A DNA stretch of 57,014 nt, the filler included, from Platydemus manokwari (Eukaryota), in the NCBI GenBank assembly GCA_037951405.1. It is 4 parts of 4 records of this genome, joined end to end, with 100 filler letters (N's around TTAATTAATTAA, not from the genome) between each part and the next. Parts side by side here need not be neighbours in the genome. Positions count along the whole stretch, not along the records: positions 1 to 8,838 come from JBBMOY011341871.1; positions 8,939 to 27,689 come from JBBMOY010244449.1; 2 more parts are not named here. One strand, given 5' to 3'. Below, in pieces: positions 1 through 12,900 of this stretch. How positions within the stretch are numbered: the first letter of the stretch is position 1; the number at the start of each line of letters is the position of its first letter. The position numbers were made by a program, and so were the translations under genes. The notes under the pieces are model-generated. The model was given only the letters and a program-made list of their open reading frames with translations, did no database searches and was not told the DNA's origin.

Positions 1-936
1 ACCATTTTTAAATGGAAATTTGGTTTTGAAAGGTTGAAATGACTTATACCACTTTCATAATCAAGGGCTCATTTATAAGTGTTCTTAATTAATCGATTAT
101 TTTAAAAATCTTGAGCATGTTTATAATTTCATATTTTTCAAATTTATCTTTTTAATGATCTTTGAAGATGTCTGAGTTTTCAATTTGCAAAGATCATAAT
201 CAATAACATATTTAAAACCCGAGTATTATCTAACGTGGTATCTATGTTTCCAGAATTTTAATTGCAGTTAGTCAATCCAAATATCACGTGTTAAATCAAA
301 GTGACATTTCCACTGTATTATGATTTTGATTGGTTAATGTATGTGCTTTTAGAAATGTGTTCATCTTTCACACATTAATCAATACAATTATTGATTATTC
401 GAAATCATTCAAAATTCTAAGTGCATAGTTTGGTTTAAAGCGATGTCGAATTTAAATTATACATTGTTTCAAATCCGAAAAACCAAAGCAATCCTTTTAA
501 GTATCCAAAGATGATCAGATTTATATCAAATGTTTGACGAGATCTATCTCAATTTCTTCTAGCATCAGAAATACTCAAACATTAATGTTGGCAAACGATA
601 AAAAATATTAGAAAAGAAATGAGAAATTTAGGGAAACAATTTATTCCAACACCGTGATTTTAAAGAATAAATTTTCGAGGGATATTTGTGCTGTGTAAGT
701 GCTAGAATGTGATATGAGAATAAGGATGTGGAGATGTGGAGATGTAGAAATTGTATCCCATAAAATTGCAATATCCTCTTGTTATTTACTGGATTCATTT
801 CAATAATTTAATTTCCTAGTAGAGATATCATGTTTACTTTATAAACTATTGATATCGATTTAATAACTATAATAATACAACACTTGTCATCGGCCTTTCA
901 GACATTTTCCTGAATATTTTTATAATAATTGATCAG

Positions 937-1882
937 GAAACCAATGAGATATCTTACCGATCTATATAAACTGCTTGGTCGATCACAATTTTCGATTTTG
1001 GCCTTTCACACTGTTGTCGGTAATCAGATAATTGTCAGATCGAGCTCAAATGAACTCGCCACAGCAATAACGGAGGCTATTTCAATCTTATTACCTCGCG
1101 GGTGTGTTAGTCAAGTATAAATTGACAAACATTCCAACCATCGTGATTATTATAAATCATCATTATCAGGGATACAGTGACGCCTCATACATGCAACTAT
1201 TCCAATATAATCTGCTTGGCCTGGATGTCAGTGTGCCACTCTCATCAGAGGTGACAAGTGTTGATGCCGCCCCGTGTGTTGTGTTGCTAATCAATTTGAT
1301 TTCATCTGACAACGAGATCATCTTCGACAAAAACGCTCATCTGACTCATGATAATGTTGGAGTTTTTTTCTTCATCTGCTCTCATATTTGTTTTCTGTTT
1401 ATATTTAGGTAACAATTAGAATTGATTCCAGTAAACCACCCGTTGTTTGTTCCTTAAACTCACCAATCTCAGTTCTAAATGCTCCCAGAATCATCGATCA
1501 GTACATTGAATTCATTGATAATCCTCTGAATTTATCTTGGAAAGTTGTATTGACGAATTTGGAAACCGTTCGAAATGAATGGCTCAACAAGGCCCAGCTT
1601 TATTTCGCATTCAAACGCAAACAAGTGATAAATATAACCATTAATATTTAGGCTGTAATGATATATCACCACTTCATTATCATTCAGGCAACTAATCGAT
1701 TAACCGATAATGAATGTGAACAGCGATTGCTCACATTTCTCAAAATAATCGGCATTCCTTCCGTTGCAGATCACGCTGTGGTGCGATATTGGGTGAGAGG
1801 AATGAGTGAGGAATCCAGGAAGAACATCACCTCATCTATGCAGATAGAATCGAAAAAAAGTGTCGAGACGATGTCATCGTGA
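937..1882 (+). CDS. FLCN: Folliculin, C-terminal DENN part (5'-partial); exons 937-1114, 1170-1355, 1409-1624, 1688-1882
   Basis: Three phase-0 GT-AG introns (55, 53, 63 nt) join four frames into ~257 aa. LLGRSQFSILAFHTVVGNQIIVRS, LLPRGCV, YNLLGL, APRIIDQY, RNEWLNKAQLYFAF and VVRYWVRGMS are colinear with folliculin motifs LAWHVLMGNQVIW, LPVGCV, NFLGL, EEWMNK and KFWMTGLS. Upstream exons were not located. Confidence 0.9.
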
Positions 1883-3299
1883 TTGATTGTCCAAAATGGA
1901 AAAGGGCTTTTTGATGTTTTGCGCTGTCACGTGTTTGATGAGTGGTTTGATATGTATTGAGTTGATATGCATGACTGTACCTGGTCGGGGGGAGGGGTGA
2001 GGCTTGACCAATGATAATTATTTCATATTATTCATCATGAACATCGATTATTTTTGAACACGTGATCTCGAGATTCGTGTCGTACACATAACATGTCGAT
2101 CAATATTCATTTATTGGTCATGATTTATTCACGTGATTTATATCTCATGTTGGCAACAAATATCCTTGATTTATTCTAATATCGATTATTATTAATCACT
2201 ACATTATTTATAACGCTAGCACCTAATTTTACGAAATTCATTCAACACATCGAAAACTTGATTCCGTGATTGAATAATATTGATAGACAAATCTCCATTC
2301 ATTTCACTACAAATATTTGAGTGCTCGTTATTCTTATCTTCTAATATTCGGATATCTGACAATTGTTGTTAAGCATAACGCTCGGATAAAATTGATTAAA
2401 ACAAATGATATATAATTAAGGAGAATCACTAATGGCGATTGTTATTTGATTAATTAAAAATCGATGAAAATTGAGAAGCTGTTTCTGTTGCTTGAATCAG
2501 TGTAATTAAATTGGGACAAATTTTATTGCTCATCACTATTTATTATTGATGGCCATATCGTTTTCATTAAACAACTCTTGTCCATGGGCAGAGCAGTGAT
2601 ATTTTTCCTCGAATATTTTAATTTATAAATAATGAAAGCCTTTTAAATCAAAATGGTGATAGTTAAATGAGTTAAATCAATAATTAAATGAGCTATTGTT
2701 GCTTTTGTAAATTATCATTGATTGAAGAAAGGAGAATTATTTTGCATTGAAGATAATAGATGTTAATATTTGATCGAAAATGAATATCGGGCTTAACGCA
2801 ATTGACTAATTAATGGTTTGTGTCTTGCACGGAGTGTATAGATTTCATCTAATTATTATTTAATCAGTTATTTCATTATTAATGTTTAATTTTAGCTTTA
2901 CTTCCTGTATTAGATTTTTTAAGGTCAAAATAACAAATGAGATGATCTACAATTTTATAAAACAATCAATCCAAATTATGAAAGAATTAAGTTAAATAAT
3001 ATTGATTCATTAAGAGATTATTGAGAAGCACATAAATCGTTCGCATGAGTTATCTTGTTACCATGAAATTATCATAAAGTATTTTATTAAATGAGGTTCC
3101 TCAAATTTCCCAACATTAAATTTTGTAATTCTGAGTAACATTTAACACAAAATTTACTCTTTTCTTTCCTCATCGTTAAATTTGCTCGACTTATGGTTAC
3201 CAAATAGTGTGTTATGTTTCAACCAGACATTTGATGATATTATGTGAAGGATTTATTATAATGAAAGTTATAGTTGAATTTCTTTGATGCGTAATAAAT

Positions 3300-3560
3300 T
3301 GAATTTTAACAGTAATAAGTTATTCGCTGGAATCCCTTGCTGACTGAGCATTCCATTTCCCTTATTCGTCTATCTGCATATTTCCTGTTCGTAAGCTAAT
3401 GAATATTTATACCATTTTTTGTTATTAACTTTTGGTTGGTTTGATTTATTTGTAATTGGTTTTTCATAATTTTCCATGTAACTATGCAAACTGGTTCATT
3501 TTTTGAGTGCTTGTATATATTGCTGTAATCATTCACTACAGACTAAGATTTAGAGAAACT
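3300..3560 (-). mobile_element. Decayed retroelement fragment, possibly Penelope-like RT/linker (copy 1)
   Basis: Shares the identical 32-mer ccatttcccttattcgtctatctgcatatttc (3353-3384) with 5488-5519. Minus strand reads KYADRRIREM amid stops. Confidence 0.35.
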
Positions 3561-5399
3561 AAAGTTCGATAGGAATATATTGATATAAAATATAAATTCA
3601 ATTATAGGTGGTTCTTACTGACAAGTATGAAAGTGATTCACATGAGCTATATATCGAATTATAAAAATATTGAAGTAAAGTAACGGTGAATTAGATTATT
3701 GATAAAACTTTCATTAGAGACAGACTGTTGAATTCAAATTTCCCTTAACATATCCTATTTTCTATCTAATAATAATTTTCTATCTTAATAATAAGTAATA
3801 TTAACCCAAAATATAATTATAAAATTAAATGATATTTAAACAAAATATAATTATATTACTATTAATTATGTGAAATTAAAAATAAAATATTTTTAAAGGA
3901 TTAAATCAAATATCAATAGAGCAAATGTGGGATTTGCAGATAATAATAGCAATTACCGACCATATTTGGTAATTGGAAAAAATGAATGGGTTCATGTTTT
4001 AGTAAGTATGAACAACAGGGTGAGGCAGAATTGATATGCACGGAGATAATAAGTATGTAAAGAGCGAGTTAACTCTTTATTTTCACCCATTCAACAAGAA
4101 AGCTTCAAGAGTAAGATATTATTTGTTGTTATCGTAGCTTGCCCTGCAACAATTGTAGTTATACGGGATTAAAAGTATTTTAGAAGTATTCTATTAGCAG
4201 TGGGCTAATCCGTATAGTAGAGAATTATTGTGTAATATTAGCTAGGAGAAGATTCTGAGCTAATTTATTGAGAATTTTGAGGATTTGTTCGATTGTGTGA
4301 ATGATGCATCCTCAACACTAGTTTGGAAGCAAAATATTATAATTCAAAATTGAAAAAGGAAATTAAATAGAAATAAATATATGAAAATCTGAAATCCAGC
4401 TGTACACTAGAAAAACGAAAATCTGAAATAAATAAAAAGGCCAAAAAATTAAATGTAATTAAAAGAAAAATAAATTTAAAATTTTTATACAAAAATTATT
4501 TTAAAATAAGATAATAGAACAAATAACTTGTTTTACCACAAACAAAATTCTTTTTGTTTATACGACCTCGCGTTCGTCAAGACAATTACCTGGGTCAATA
4601 AAAATTTTATTTCAAAACTAACTACGTCATTACTAAAAATAGTGTAGGTTGATTTATCAATATAAGTACCTTAAAACAGTCGGGTGTTGCTAAATTCAAG
4701 CATAACATCTTAAGAGTAACAACAGGGCAACAAATAAAACGCATAGATGACAAATTTGACCTACAAAATTACTGTATAAGGGCTAATGAATTCAGTTAGT
4801 TTGCACTTTTTTTTACGCGCTTAACTTACTTAGCCCTTGAGCTTATTACGAAGCTTTTATTTAAAGCATTATAAAGAATTATCATATTCCAAACAAAGAA
4901 TTATTGTTAGAAACAGAACTTGAAGATTTTCATTGCCAGTCATATTTCTATTCGAATTCAAAATGATAAGTAAATTTAATTTTTATTATCATGGACCACA
5001 GCTATTTCGATAGATGTATGGTTGTCTTAAAATCCCTAAGGTTCAAACTTGTTATCTCCCACTCTTTTTATCTACAGTGGTGTCTCATCATCACTACATT
5101 ATTAATCTACAGCTGTTTTATCGAGCTCTAATAATATTAAAATTTCGATTTCATTTAATTTATTATATAAAACCCCAACAATTTATAGCTAGTGAAAACA
5201 ACAAATTTTAGATACATAATAACATTATGCATTCAAAGTAATGATTAAGAATTACTATTTGAAACTTTGAAATCAAATCCTCAGTGTTTGCGCTTCAAAT
5301 CACAATTAAAAGAATAAAGTGAATTATCAATTCACGAATTCAGTGCCTAAAAGATCAGACAGCAACAGAAAGAACGACCATAAAACAATGGTCATCAGA

Positions 5400-5645
5400 A
5401 TAGTCACACAAAAAATTACCGATCATTAGAGACTGGCAGTTGTTCTTGATGTTCAACCCCTTTCTGGACTTGTTGTGTGCTTGTTTACCATTTCCCTTAT
5501 TCGTCTATCTGCATATTTCGAGTATGTAAGTTATTGAATTTCATTGACGTAAATCAATATTTGTTGCTCGTTGTTGATGTGCGCAAATGGCCGATCTAAT
5601 TTTATCTATGGGTTGATATTCTGGGATTATTCTGTAGTCTCTATA
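5400..5645 (-). mobile_element. Decayed retroelement fragment, possibly Penelope-like RT thumb/linker (copy 2)
   Basis: Minus strand QPIDKIRSAICAHQQRATNI resembles the Penelope HP..K.S.....RA..I segment. Shares the 32-mer with 3353-3384. Confidence 0.4.
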
Positions 5646-8600
5646 GATATCTTAATTATTTTTCTCAGACATTTAATAATAAAAATTATTTTCATGAAAT
5701 ATCAGAACACTCATTATATATTATCATTTAGATAATAATTAATTTACAATAATTTCCCCGCTTCAATTTATTAAAATTTAATATTTATTCTATCAAAATA
5801 AGTTAGTAAATAAAACATTAAAACAAATTCACAACTATGGCTAGTCCAACTTCGTCTCAATAATAAATTAATACGAGACTTCGTCTTTATTGAATTCTAT
5901 TTAGCAAGATTATTTCGTTCAAGCTATTATGTTTAAGCTTTGAATGAAATCTTAATTTAATCTTTCGATAAATAATTTTATTTATTACTTCAATAACAAT
6001 AAACAAATTATTTGTTATCATTAGCGATTGCCTGCTTATAAATTTCAAACATTTTCTTTCGTTGTAAATTTCTCTATCAAATTTAGTTTTATATTGACAT
6101 ATTTTAACTCCTGCTTCAGCTTTAAATTTTGATTTTTCTTTTAATTTCTTCAGAGATTCTGTAGTATCTTTAATAATTTCAATATTTTTATCAACTTTAA
6201 TTGGCATCAGCAATCGGATGCATTTTATTATTATATTTACTGCTCTTTGTAATGAATCAATTTTCCATTTCTGATTATCTGCAGGCAATCTTTGTTTTCA
6301 TATGTAGAAAAATACATGTTTATCTTGATTGTAATATTAACAGAAAAATTTTTAAAAATACATACTTGCCATTGCATTCATTTTAATCGTAGGAACAAGA
6401 TATTAATTTATTTAAATAATCAAAGCTGTAAATACCTTATATTGATGTTCGTTCACCTCACACAGCCTCATTGTGTGAAGACAATAAGTGTGGTAGTAGT
6501 GATATATTTTACTGAGCCTAACTATCAGTTTCAGATTTTAGAAAAACTATAACTATTTAAAACTATTATCTATGTTAATACCAGTGAAAATGAATATCAA
6601 TTTTACAATCCCTATATGAATAATAACTAAGATTTATTATTACAAATATTTATTAACAATTAGCATCAATACATCAACTGATTAACAATAACAACATAAG
6701 ATTACAATTGATTTTAAACCTACACTATACATCAAATTATATTTATAAAGGACCTTACAATTTCCAGAAAAAGAACGGAAACTATCTTCAACTCGAGGAG
6801 TAGAACCTTTACCTTAAAGATCTTTGAGCAAAAACTCTATAACATAAATACAATATACGATATATAATATAGATCAGTAATTTACAGGTATTGTCTAATT
6901 TTGGGTCTTCCAGCAAATGTCAGGCATATACAGGATTATTGGTCTCAGTGAAACTAATAATTGAACTTAATTTTAAATCTGAAAATTCATCCTTTAGATT
7001 TTTTAAATGATTCCAATATTTTTCCATCAAACAATCTATTGAAGCCCCCTAGGATTAGTAAATAAAATAACAAAATCCAAATTTAATTTAATAAATTTCT
7101 AAATTATTGTCACCAGCTACAATGGTTTTTGGTTTCAAATCAACATATCCACACATGGGACGTTTTTATCAATATTTTCTGAACCGATTTTCAATTTTCA
7201 CGTTCCAATAACCATCATTGGAGTCATGCATTACCAATGATTCTGTTAATGAAATATAGATCAGTAATAAACTCAAACCCGAAAAACTGCTACTAAGCAT
7301 AATTATCACTTGAATAATTTTCCCAACAATCAGTTTATCTAATATTAGGTCTAAAAATCAAATCTCCAGCCATTACAATTATCTGCGTTTAATTCCCTAA
7401 ACAAAATTGATAATTGATTAAGATTTCTTAAAAACTTTTCAATAAAAGATTGCGAGCAATCTGTGTGGAAAAATGTTACGTGAGAAGAAATAGAAAAATA
7501 TTATCAATAAAATATCAAAATAGAAATTCTAACAGAAAATGATAAATCCCACTCCCACATATTCCAAGATAGAATTTCAGTATATTAAACAGAATGAAAG
7601 TTTTTAGCTAAAACTAAAATGACTGTCTGTCATTTACTTGATGTAGAATAAAAATGATCAACTCAATGATTCGAGAAATCTTAACTTGGTTATTTGATAA
7701 CATCATCACTCATCGATTGCAGAGGTGGTTTTGCATTATTTTGTATTATTTTATTCACATCTGTGTATGGCCACTAATTACAAAGGGCGTTGGGGAGAAT
7801 TATTTTATTGACAAAATTAAAAATTTAGATCTTGTTTGTGCCTCGACGTCTAAGTCGTTAGTCAATGCCATCAAATATTAGTTTTAAATAAAGTGTTTAA
7901 ATATCCAGTTATCGCTTTTTCATAAGATCACTGTTAGGTTCAACTATTTAATAAAATTTGAGTTGCAAACGAATCTAATCAGTTCAACCCACAAAGTATA
8001 TTTGATTTAAATATTCAAACCAATTAAATTGATTATTTATATATTTTTACAATCAATATATTTTCTATTTAAAATGATAATTAAAATATTGAGTAATTTT
8101 AAAATCTGAAAATTCTGAAAATTTCAAAACTTATTTGAAATCAGAGAACCAATCGTGTCATATATAATGGTTCATTCAAACTTCAGCTGATTATAAAGAT
8201 AATATTTCAGAAAATATCATCTCAAGAACCAGTGAACGTCTCAGTCCGTATGATATAACAAATACCACCAAATAACCAAAATCACCATCATATAATTTTC
8301 AATTTATTTTGAGTTATCAAAAAGTCATTTCGTATTTTCAAGAATCTGATTTCTCTCTACATCAGATCGATTACTCTTCACTATCAGTACAATAACGAGA
8401 TCATCATTTACTGATAGCAACGATTGTATTCCCCATTGACAAGTAATATGTTGCAATAATTTACATCAATTATGTCTCTTACGAGTTTCACCGTATTTAT
8501 TTGTTGGACAATCGAATCAGTATTATGCTATTCTTCTTCTCAATCGATTTATTAAGCAAAAAAGATATTTCTTATAAATTCGTAATAATAATAATAAGTA

Positions 8601-8737
8601 ATATCTCACAGTTTAGTTATCTTTGTTTGAGGTATAGTCACGATAGAATAATTGTTTTGCTGATAAATGGGTCCTACTTTCCAGTAAATCAATAAAATAT
8701 TTTAATTAAATTAGAGCAAAGAATGATGATAATAAGA

Positions 8738-8805
8738 AATTATTATTATTACTATTTTTAATATTATTATTATTGTTATTATTATTATTATTATTGTTAT
8801 TGTTA

Positions 8806-8838
<33 letters not shown>
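8738..8838. repeat. (ATT/GTT)n microsatellite running into gap
   Basis: Direct reading of tattattatt/tgttat tract. Confidence 0.95.
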
Positions 8839-8938
8839 NNNNNNNNNNNNNNNNNNNNNNNNNNNNNNNNNNNNNNNNNNNNTTAATTAATTAANNNNNN
8901 NNNNNNNNNNNNNNNNNNNNNNNNNNNNNNNNNNNNNN
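8839..8938. other. Assembly gap (100 nt) with artificial TTAATTAATTAA six-frame-stop linker
   Basis: 44 N + ttaattaattaa + 44 N; same structure at the other two gaps. Confidence 0.97.
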
Positions 8939-8983
8939 AAGAAAAGTTGTGACAATCATTTAGTTAATCGACTCGTTAATGAA

Positions 8984-9532
8984 TTGTGGTCACAATTTAA
9001 CGATTCAAATAAATTGTATACTGATAGTGATGATAAATCTGAAAATCATTTGTTGTCATCTGATGAAATTTATGCTTTTCTCTGTAAACAAATGAAAAAT
9101 TCAAATATAATTGTCATCGATCCATTTTTTTCCACTGAAACTCTTGACGAGTGTGGAGATTTGATTTCATTAGGTTATAATCAACGCGATTATCGGAAAA
9201 TTGATTTGATTATCGTTCTTGTAAGTATCAGAAATCAACTTTGGACTCTATTTGTATATAATATTCAATCAAATACCTCTTATTTGTTGGATCCTTCACA
9301 ACAAGCTTTCCAACAAAATCATGTTCATGAAGCAGGAATGTAATTGACTGAAGAAATAAATAAATTCCGTGATGTCGGTGTTGTGAATTATTGCAACATT
9401 GATAACAACGCTGATAGAGTAAGACAGAATAGACGTGATGATTGGTGTGTAATTGTGTATGAATATGGTATTAATTTGAGTCAACAATTGACTTTCTCAA
9501 CTCCAATCGATATTGATCAGATGAGAAGATAG
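8984..9532 (+). pseudogene. Decayed Ulp1/SENP-like (peptidase C48) domain, probably transposon-derived
   Basis: Two ORFs in one frame separated by a single TAA (9341-9343). LSSDEIYAFL, IDLIIVLVSIRNQLWTLFVYN, SYLLDPS, RQNRRDDWCVIVYEY and IDIDQMRR match the C48 layout, with HW and DCG altered. Confidence 0.7.
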
Positions 9533-9903
9533 TTCAAAAATCCCGTGGTTCGTAAATAAATAAAACAACCAACAAGTAAAACAACCAAATAAAATATAAT
9601 GGAAACTGTAAATATTAATAAATGTGTTGATATAATGCTTGATTAAATATATTATTTTTCTGATAATCTTTTATAATCGTTATAATTAATCTCAATTTCT
9701 TTTCAATATCCAATTAAAATTTTATGTTTTTAATCTTAAATAAAATTAATAATAAGTAGTAGTTATTGCTTCAAGTAGTAGTTATCTTCTACAATTTTGT
9801 AAATCATCTTAAGCACACAATTGATTTTACGATATTATTAATAAATTATCTTTTAATTTTTATCGATTGATTTTTTGTAATTTTCCAATTGATATGAAAA
9901 TTT

Positions 9904-12900
9904 ATGTTTCACATTCAATTGTGGTTTATTATTAATATAATCATACAATTCATAATGAAGCTGTTTTACTGCCATGCCAATGTAAACTCGATAGCTCAAG
10001 GAATTAATGAGAAATGGATAATTAATATTTATCCATTATTTGGAAGTAATTGGACAATTAGCTGTATTCTCCCAATCGATTTCTCTGTGGATTATTTGAT
10101 AATGACAGGTCCTAACAATTTATTCCTCAAATATTGTGAACCAAACACAATTAGAAAATGCACAGAACAACGGATCAATGCTGATAGAGTATTTGTAAAC
10201 AATATGAAATCTATTCTTAACATTGAATTGAAAAACATTTCATTAATCGATTCTGGTTCCTATAACTGGACAATTTTCATTCTCAACAAAACTGTCATCA
10301 TTTATCAGCATAAATTAATGATCGTTAGAAAGTTACCCGCAATTATCCAATTCAAATCGACACCAATTAATGTTAGTAAATTATATGAAGGTGAAACGTT
10401 GAATTTATTTTGTGAGGTTGATGCCGGGCATTTAGCTGACTTTTCGACTCTTTACATTCATAACAGTAAATTTGCTGAGACACGTTTTCTAGAGTTTTTT
10501 AATCATTCAACGATACCAATGAAAACCACAGTTATTAGTCAATTAAATGGATCATTTGAATTGATCGAGGGCGATTCTCTCGTTGAATGTAATTCTGTGA
10601 ATAAGTTTGGTGATAAGGCATTTCAGAGAGTTTGGTTTGCCGTATTAATTGTTGATAAAATAACCAGTGGCTCAGATTTGTTGGTGTACTGCTTTAGTGA
10701 TTTCCAATCCATGTATCAACAGCAATTTCGATTTTCCAATGAGACATGCTGGAAAGATACACAACGAATATATTATCAAGGAATCTATGAAAGATCTTAT
10801 CATGTTCGTTTCTTCACTTTGAGAGCGAGAAATATCATAACAAGTTATAGCGGTAGATATCAATGCACAATATTATTCTGTTCAACTTATAACTCAACTT
10901 GTACAGAATTGAAAAGTTGCAGTCGAATGGTTGTCGTATTTCGATCCATGGACCTCACATCCTGTAATATCAAGGATCCAGCAGAGGCTGGAAAGCCATC
11001 TTGGTTTATTGTCAGTGCATTTCCTGGGGAATTTTATTTTCGATCGTATGTACGAATATTTCTACACGACATACCCGAAACATGGCGATTTCAGCCTCCT
11101 ATGGAAGGTCTATACAAAGTAAATTCAACAAATTTATTTGCTAATGTCACCTTTGTGCTCCCATCTGAGCCAGCAACTTTCTCTTCAGTAAACATTTGTT
11201 GCATCCTTATCAACAATGACAACATCCCTCCGTCCATTTCCAAATGTTTACTGAAACCTATTATTCATCTAATGAAAGGTTCTCTGGGTACTGTACCATC
11301 TATTTCTTTAAATGAAAGAATAAAAATCAATTCCACTATCGAATGCAAAGGCGTGACGGGTATTCCCTCACCTGTCTATAAATGGACCCGTATATCCAAA
11401 TCAATAGTGCCTTATCAAGATAGTCCAATACCAGATCTTGTTTCAAGAAATGAATGGCTGTTTGTAGATGATCGTCTAGATATACGAGGAAATATTTATA
11501 AGTACCGCTGTTCTGTCTACCAGTCAGGAAAAAGTCTCCATATCGATATACAATTTGTGATTAGTTTGTGTTCTCATGAACCTCTGATAGATTTAAATCT
11601 AGCACTAAACACACAGGTACACACGATCTGTGGAATTGACAACAAACCAGGCACTGAATTCTTCGTAATTTCATATAAGCCTTTCCTGAAGAGATTAATT
11701 CTATCATTGCCAGTTACCCCTCGAAAAACCCGCATCAGTTTTGTACCTTTCCTTAACTACGAATCGCGACACAATGCTACTTTTTTACCACTTGAAAATT
11801 CCTTGATTGCCAGTCAGATCGCTAAATTACTGGATCAGTTTTCAACTCAGTACCTATCTCCAACATCTAGGCCATGTGATGGGATGCAATTATCCTGCTC
11901 AGGAAAGGGATTTCAAAATCTGTACAATGTAAGATCAAGTGTGCGATCAAAGATTCCTTCTGTTGCTATACTTGGACGTGATGCATCTGCTTGTATAGAT
12001 AACGATCAAGACAGAGCAGATATGAGTTTATATCCAAGCCAACTCAATAAATCTGGAATTCAGGTTTGGCTTCATTATTTTAGTAAAGATATTTCTCTTC
12101 TTTTAGAGGAAGAGAAACTAATTCAACCAACAAAAACTTTCATATTAGTTAAAAAACCAATGGAGAGTAATCCGAACGACTTTTGTTGTGACATGTCAGA
12201 CTTTCCACTTTCCTATTCAATTGATGGCCGGGATTTTTTTCAAAGTATATGTGCATCATCTTCAGTATCTCAAGATCCTTTACAAAATCCTACTCTTATA
12301 ATTGACCCACCTCTACTCTATCGAGGTTTAGATATAATCATTAAATGTTCTGGAAATCCAGGATTTCCCAATGGCACTCTTTATTTCTGTTTAGTTGTAA
12401 ATGTAAATAGTAATTGTCTTATTCCAATCAACGTAACATCATCAACTATAATTAAAAAAGTGACACATATCGAAAGCAAAATCAAATTAGAATCATTTTA
12501 CGAAAACTGGTATATCCTGTGTACCGCCACGAATGACGTACAAACAGCTGGCTATGATCGCCCATTCATAAGCTCATTCCAAATTACATATCTGTCTAAA
12601 CTAATTAGTTTTGTCTTCATAAACATCGTTACAGATTCATTAATAGAAGGACGTTCAATTGAATTCAATTGTTCATTCAATCTTCCAATTCCTCCACCTC
12701 TATTGACAATTTCTCTTAAAAAATATGGATTCCAAGATTTAGAGAGAATATTATATTCGCAATACATTTATCCTAACTTAACGAATAAATCCGTTCTCGA
12801 CCAACAGCTAAAGCTACAATATGTGACAGTTGAGGTGTTTAATATATCCAATGAATGGGATGAATCCACCGTAATTTGTGCTCTAACAAACGACGCAGAA

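Noticed and set aside
1230-1255. Hammerhead ribozyme core (CTGATGA on the minus strand; other CTGANGA hits elsewhere)
   Set aside because: No stem II followed by GAAA; it lies in FLCN coding sequence.
5887-6552. 133-aa and overlapping short ORFs
   Set aside because: K/I/N-rich composition expected from AT-rich DNA; no motif or splice structure recognised.
8200-8460. Possible third, inverted Ulp1 remnant (VFVISYG on the minus strand)
   Set aside because: Only one weak motif; not supportable without a profile search.
8883-8894. Palindromic TTAATTAATTAA occurring three times
   Set aside because: Always centred in a 100-nt N run; an artificial six-frame-stop scaffolding linker, not biology.
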